Positions 61,291 through 64,000 of a stretch of 64,000 bases of DNA are shown here, in pieces. The first letter of the stretch is position 1; every line of letters begins with the position of its first letter. The position numbers and the translations under genes were made by a program. Location: NCBI GenBank assembly GCA_964610505.1, contig CAZSXU010000024.1, positions 91 to 64,090 of the forward strand. The letters are read 5' to 3'. The stretch comes from an uncultured bacterium. Lineage in GTDB: Bacteria > Arandabacterota > Arandabacteria > JAGLYR01. The notes beneath the pieces were generated by a model. It searched no databases and was not told the origin of the DNA. It saw nothing but the letters and a program-made list of their open reading frames with translations.

Positions 61291-64000
61291 ATGGACGCGC
61301 TCGCCATCCTGAAAGACCGGGCCTCGATTCTGGGCAATCACAACCAGAAATACATCCGGACCATCGAGACGTTCGAAGACCGCCTCACGCGGCGGCTTGA
61401 GCTTCGAGGGGTTCGCGATAAGGTCCATCTCTATCGCGACGCACCGAATCCGGGTCCCGAGATGGACGCGATCGTCTCGGTGTCCGACGACGGACAGGAC
61501 GTTCTCGATTTCCTCGGTTGCTATTACGCCTTCCGCTTCCTGGGGATGAATCTGGGGTTGTTGGACGCCCTTCACCTGGATCTCCTCTCGGAAGACGATC
61601 GCCCTTCGGTCTTGTTCCGACAATTCATGAAACAGTCCGGGACGGAATTCCGGATGCTGACCACGCATTACATGCAAAGGCTTCTGGACCTTTTCGTCGG
61701 CCGGGGAGAGGTGCCGGAATTCGTGCTTCTGGGTACGGGAACCCGGGCGGATCAGGACGATATCGACGTGGGGGTCGTGGTGAGTGGAGAGGGCGACCGG
61801 GACTGCCTGGATCGCGCCATCGGGCGGCTCCGGACGGAAATGCTGCGCCGGGCCAGCTGCCTTCATTTCCATCTCTCCGAACACGTCGGAACTCGGGTGT
61901 ACTCGGCCACGATCGAGGAGTACCAAACCCTGCTGGCCAAACGGATCCACGATTTCGTTATCATTAGCGAGATGCTGGGCGCGGCGCACATCCTGGGCAG
62001 CCGCCGGTTGTTCGAGGTGTTTCAGAGGGACGTGACGGACCGGTACTACTACCGGTTCGGGGAGAACATCTATCACGAGGGATTTCTCCGCGGCATCGTA
62101 GGTGAAATCCGTGCACTGGTCGCGCATCCGGTGCAGCTGGAGTCCATCCACCCGAAGAACGATGGGCTGAGGATGATCAAGGGGCTCATCGCCGCGATGA
62201 AGACCATCTTCGGCGTGCAGAAGGTCAATGCCTGGGACATTCTCGATGACCTCAGGGTCCGGGACGCCGACAACGCCCAGATCTACGAACAGCTGGATGA
62301 GGCGCTGACCTTCCTGGAGATCTTCCGGCACATCTATCAGCTCCTGGTGGTGCAGGAAGAGGACATTCCCCTCAGAGATGAGAACATCCGGCAGAATCTC
62401 CAGGTTGTCGCTACCCGCATGGGATACCACGACGTGGGGATCGTAAAGGCCTGGAATCACCTGGTCATCCACTACAACGAACATGTGAAACTCGCCCGGG
62501 AGGCGGTGACCGCCCTCATGCCTGACTTGACCGCGCACCTGGGGGAGTTCTCGATCTTCAGCTCGATGGCCCAGACGGCCAACCTCTCGGACGTGGCTGA
62601 GAACGTGAAGCAGAACCTGGCGGTGGGCTTCATCTCCGAAGCGGCGTTCTTCGGCGGAACGCGTTATTGGGACGACGTTCTGACCCGCCTGGAGGAAGAG
62701 AGCGGCCGGGTCCTGGGCCGATTCGTGGCGGACATAGCGGTTCTTGACAAACGCGTGCGAACCCAGCTTCTTCGGCGCTACGCCACCTGCGCAGGGTTCG
62801 CGCCCTATTCCATCCTGCGACTCCTCGTCGTCGTCAAGAGATACCGGGGGCACCCGGAGTCGGGCGCGATCTTTGAGGAGCTCACCCGCTTCGTTCTCGA
62901 GGAACTGAAACCGAGAGCCAACACGCCCACCCGGTTCTGCATGCTGTTCTACCTCTACCCGGAAGTCATGAACGGTTTCCTGGATCTCTGCTCCGACGAG
63001 GACCGCCTCCGGGTGAGGGAGCTGGTCCAGGGCCCCATCCACAGCGAGGAGTTCGTCGGTGTCCGGGAGGCCCTTCTCTACCTCTGCGATCTTCATATTC
63101 AATCGAGCCGCGCCTTCAAGCGGCAGATCATGAGCGTGGTCAAACGCCATCCGACAGTGCTCCATCATCTCCACGATTTCGACCGGCTGTGGGGCATGGC
63201 CCGGGGGTACTTCGCGGAGAGCCAGAGGATGCCCCAATTCAGGCGGCGAAAGGAGCTGTTGGGCGATTATTACGATCTCTCCTACCTGACCGTGGCGCTG
63301 GAAACCCTGGAGGGGAAGCCGATCGAGGACATCAATGCCCGGTTCACGGAGTTCTCGGACAACTACGTTCAGGTCCTCTTTGACATCTGCAGGCAGGAGG
63401 TCGAGGAGGAGTCCGGAGAACCCGTGGCGACGCGTGATTTGCTGGCCGTCTACGCAGCGGGGGGGAACGCGAGGGAACAGGCCTTCGACGACGATTACGA
63501 CATGTTCTTCGTGCTCAATTCCACGGACGAGGATGTCCGGATGCACTGCAACCGAATCGCTGGCAAGATGAACAGCGAGATCGGCAAGAGAGGCATCCTG
63601 CCCCACTATCGTCTGGCGGACCACTTCGGTCACTACGTGACGCTGGCGTCCGAGATTGAAGAACTTCTGACCTCGGAGAGCGAGGACGTGTTTGTGGATC
63701 AGTCACAGATCCTCGGATCGAGAATGGTGGTGGGCAGCCGAAAATTCGCGGAAAACTTCGAAGAGCACGTGATCGGCCCCCTCATCTTCCGGGACTCTGA
63801 GCGGTACGCGAAGCACATGATCAAGGAAATCCGATCGCGGCACGGGGAAGAGTCCCCCGGCGCACCCTGCCTGGACGTCAAGGAGTGCGCGGGCGGGCTC
63901 CGAGACATCGAGATGATGCTCCTGGTTCTCAAGGCTCGGTACGGCGTCCGGATGCATCTGGGGGAGAAGTTCGTCGATCTCATGGTGGACATCGCCAAGG
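61291..64000 (+). CDS. GlnE-like bifunctional adenylyltransferase/adenylyl-removing enzyme homologue (two nucleotidyltransferase domains + GlnD/GlnE-type helical domains), 3' end outside window
   Basis: The frame is open from ATG 61291 (GAGGG SD 6 nt upstream) to the window end (~903 codons). It is absent from the track because there is no stop in the window. NTase motifs are FVLLGTGTRADQDDIDVGVVV and VYAAGGNAREQAFDDDYDMFFVL. A GlnE/GlnD-type CAGGLRDIEMMLLVLKARYG motif is also present. The 1478-aa antisense track ORF 59197..63633 is its shadow. Confidence 0.6.
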   Translation, partial: MDALAILKDRASILGNHNQKYIRTIETFEDRLTRRLELRGVRDKVHLYRDAPNPGPEMDAIVSVSDDGQDVLDFLGCYYAFRFLGMNLGLLDALHLDLLSEDDRPSVLFRQFMKQSGTEFRMLTTHYMQRLLDLFVGRGEVPEFVLLGTGTRADQDDIDVGVVVSGEGDRDCLDRAIGRLRTEMLRRASCLHFHLSEHVGTRVYSATIEEYQTLLAKRIHDFVIISEMLGAAHILGSRRLFEVFQRDVTDRYYYRFGENIYHEGFLRGIVGEIRALVAHPVQLESIHPKNDGLRMIKGLIAAMKTIFGVQKVNAWDILDDLRVRDADNAQIYEQLDEALTFLEIFRHIYQLLVVQEEDIPLRDENIRQNLQVVATRMGYHDVGIVKAWNHLVIHYNEHVKLAREAVTALMPDLTAHLGEFSIFSSMAQTANLSDVAENVKQNLAVGFISEAAFFGGTRYWDDVLTRLEEESGRVLGRFVADIAVLDKRVRTQLLRRYATCAGFAPYSILRLLVVVKRYRGHPESGAIFEELTRFVLEELKPRANTPTRFCMLFYLYPEVMNGFLDLCSDEDRLRVRELVQGPIHSEEFVGVREALLYLCDLHIQSSRAFKRQIMSVVKRHPTVLHHLHDFDRLWGMARGYFAESQRMPQFRRRKELLGDYYDLSYLTVALETLEGKPIEDINARFTEFSDNYVQVLFDICRQEVEEESGEPVATRDLLAVYAAGGNAREQAFDDDYDMFFVLNSTDEDVRMHCNRIAGKMNSEIGKRGILPHYRLADHFGHYVTLASEIEELLTSESEDVFVDQSQILGSRMVVGSRKFAENFEEHVIGPLIFRDSERYAKHMIKEIRSRHGEESPGAPCLDVKECAGGLRDIEMMLLVLKARYGVRMHLGEKFVDLMVDIAK

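Noticed and set aside
59197-63633. 1478-aa minus-strand ORF
   Set aside because: It is antisense to hdrA'-mvhD, the zinc-ribbon ORF and the GlnE-like gene, and is low-complexity (Arg/Pro/Gly/His-rich) with no domain signatures. It is an open antisense frame in GC-rich coding DNA.

Overview
This is a GC-rich (~64%) bacterial chromosomal window, probably from an uncultivated lineage. Evidence for that is the cluster of secreted proteases carrying Por_Secre_tail/FlgD-Ig-like C-terminal sorting domains and the dense REP/MITE-like intergenic elements. About 50 genes are supported, with no rRNA, tRNA or CRISPR seen. The main features are listed below.

- **Selenocysteine recoding.** Three selenoprotein genes carry an in-frame TGA followed by a SECIS-like hairpin, and the ORF track splits each of them. 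They are selD (Sec in the GAGUxCK motif) and two hdrA paralogues (Sec in the [11 protein letters not shown] motif).
- **Oxidoreductase/Hdr operon.** A roughly 11-kb co-directional operon fuses a 2-oxoacid:ferredoxin oxidoreductase with a selenoprotein Hdr/MvhD system. The gene order is gamma, delta, alpha, beta, a second gamma, double-module HdrA(Sec), MvhD, HdrD(CB), HdrA'(Sec)-MvhD fusion, then a small zinc-ribbon ORF. This looks like a candidate flavin-based electron-bifurcating module tied to 2-oxoacid oxidation.
- **Secreted peptidases.** Four peptidases carry the same C-terminal sorting domain: C13 legumain-like, S8 subtilisin, M28, and a 1480-aa C25 gingipain-like giant with three ~306-bp intragenic tandem repeats. 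The M28 and C25 proteins also share a ~175-aa domain.
- **Signalling.** A Cpx-like envelope-stress module is present (OmpR-type RR, HK, lipoprotein, LTXXQ Spy/CpxP-like protein).
- **Other genes.** FGE/SUMF1, AhpD-like protein, RqcH/FbpA, a TonB-dependent-like OM receptor, a spermidine-synthase membrane fusion, MarR, a DUF401 membrane protein, a cupin, a PfkB kinase, a YkgJ protein, and a GlnE-like partial gene at the 3' edge that is missing from the ORF track.
- **Intergenic repeats.** Convergent gene junctions carry a family of ~100-135-bp inverted-repeat elements (CCACAGATTTCACGGATGG ... GGGGCGATG hairpin ... CCATCTGTGAAATCTGTGG). There are also 9-bp-periodic CCGAGA(A/G)C simple repeats, a 38-bp x4 tandem array between two tandem paralogous secreted-protein genes, and a 182-bp x2 tandem element.

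Many long ORFs in the track are antisense artefacts of GC-rich genes and were rejected.
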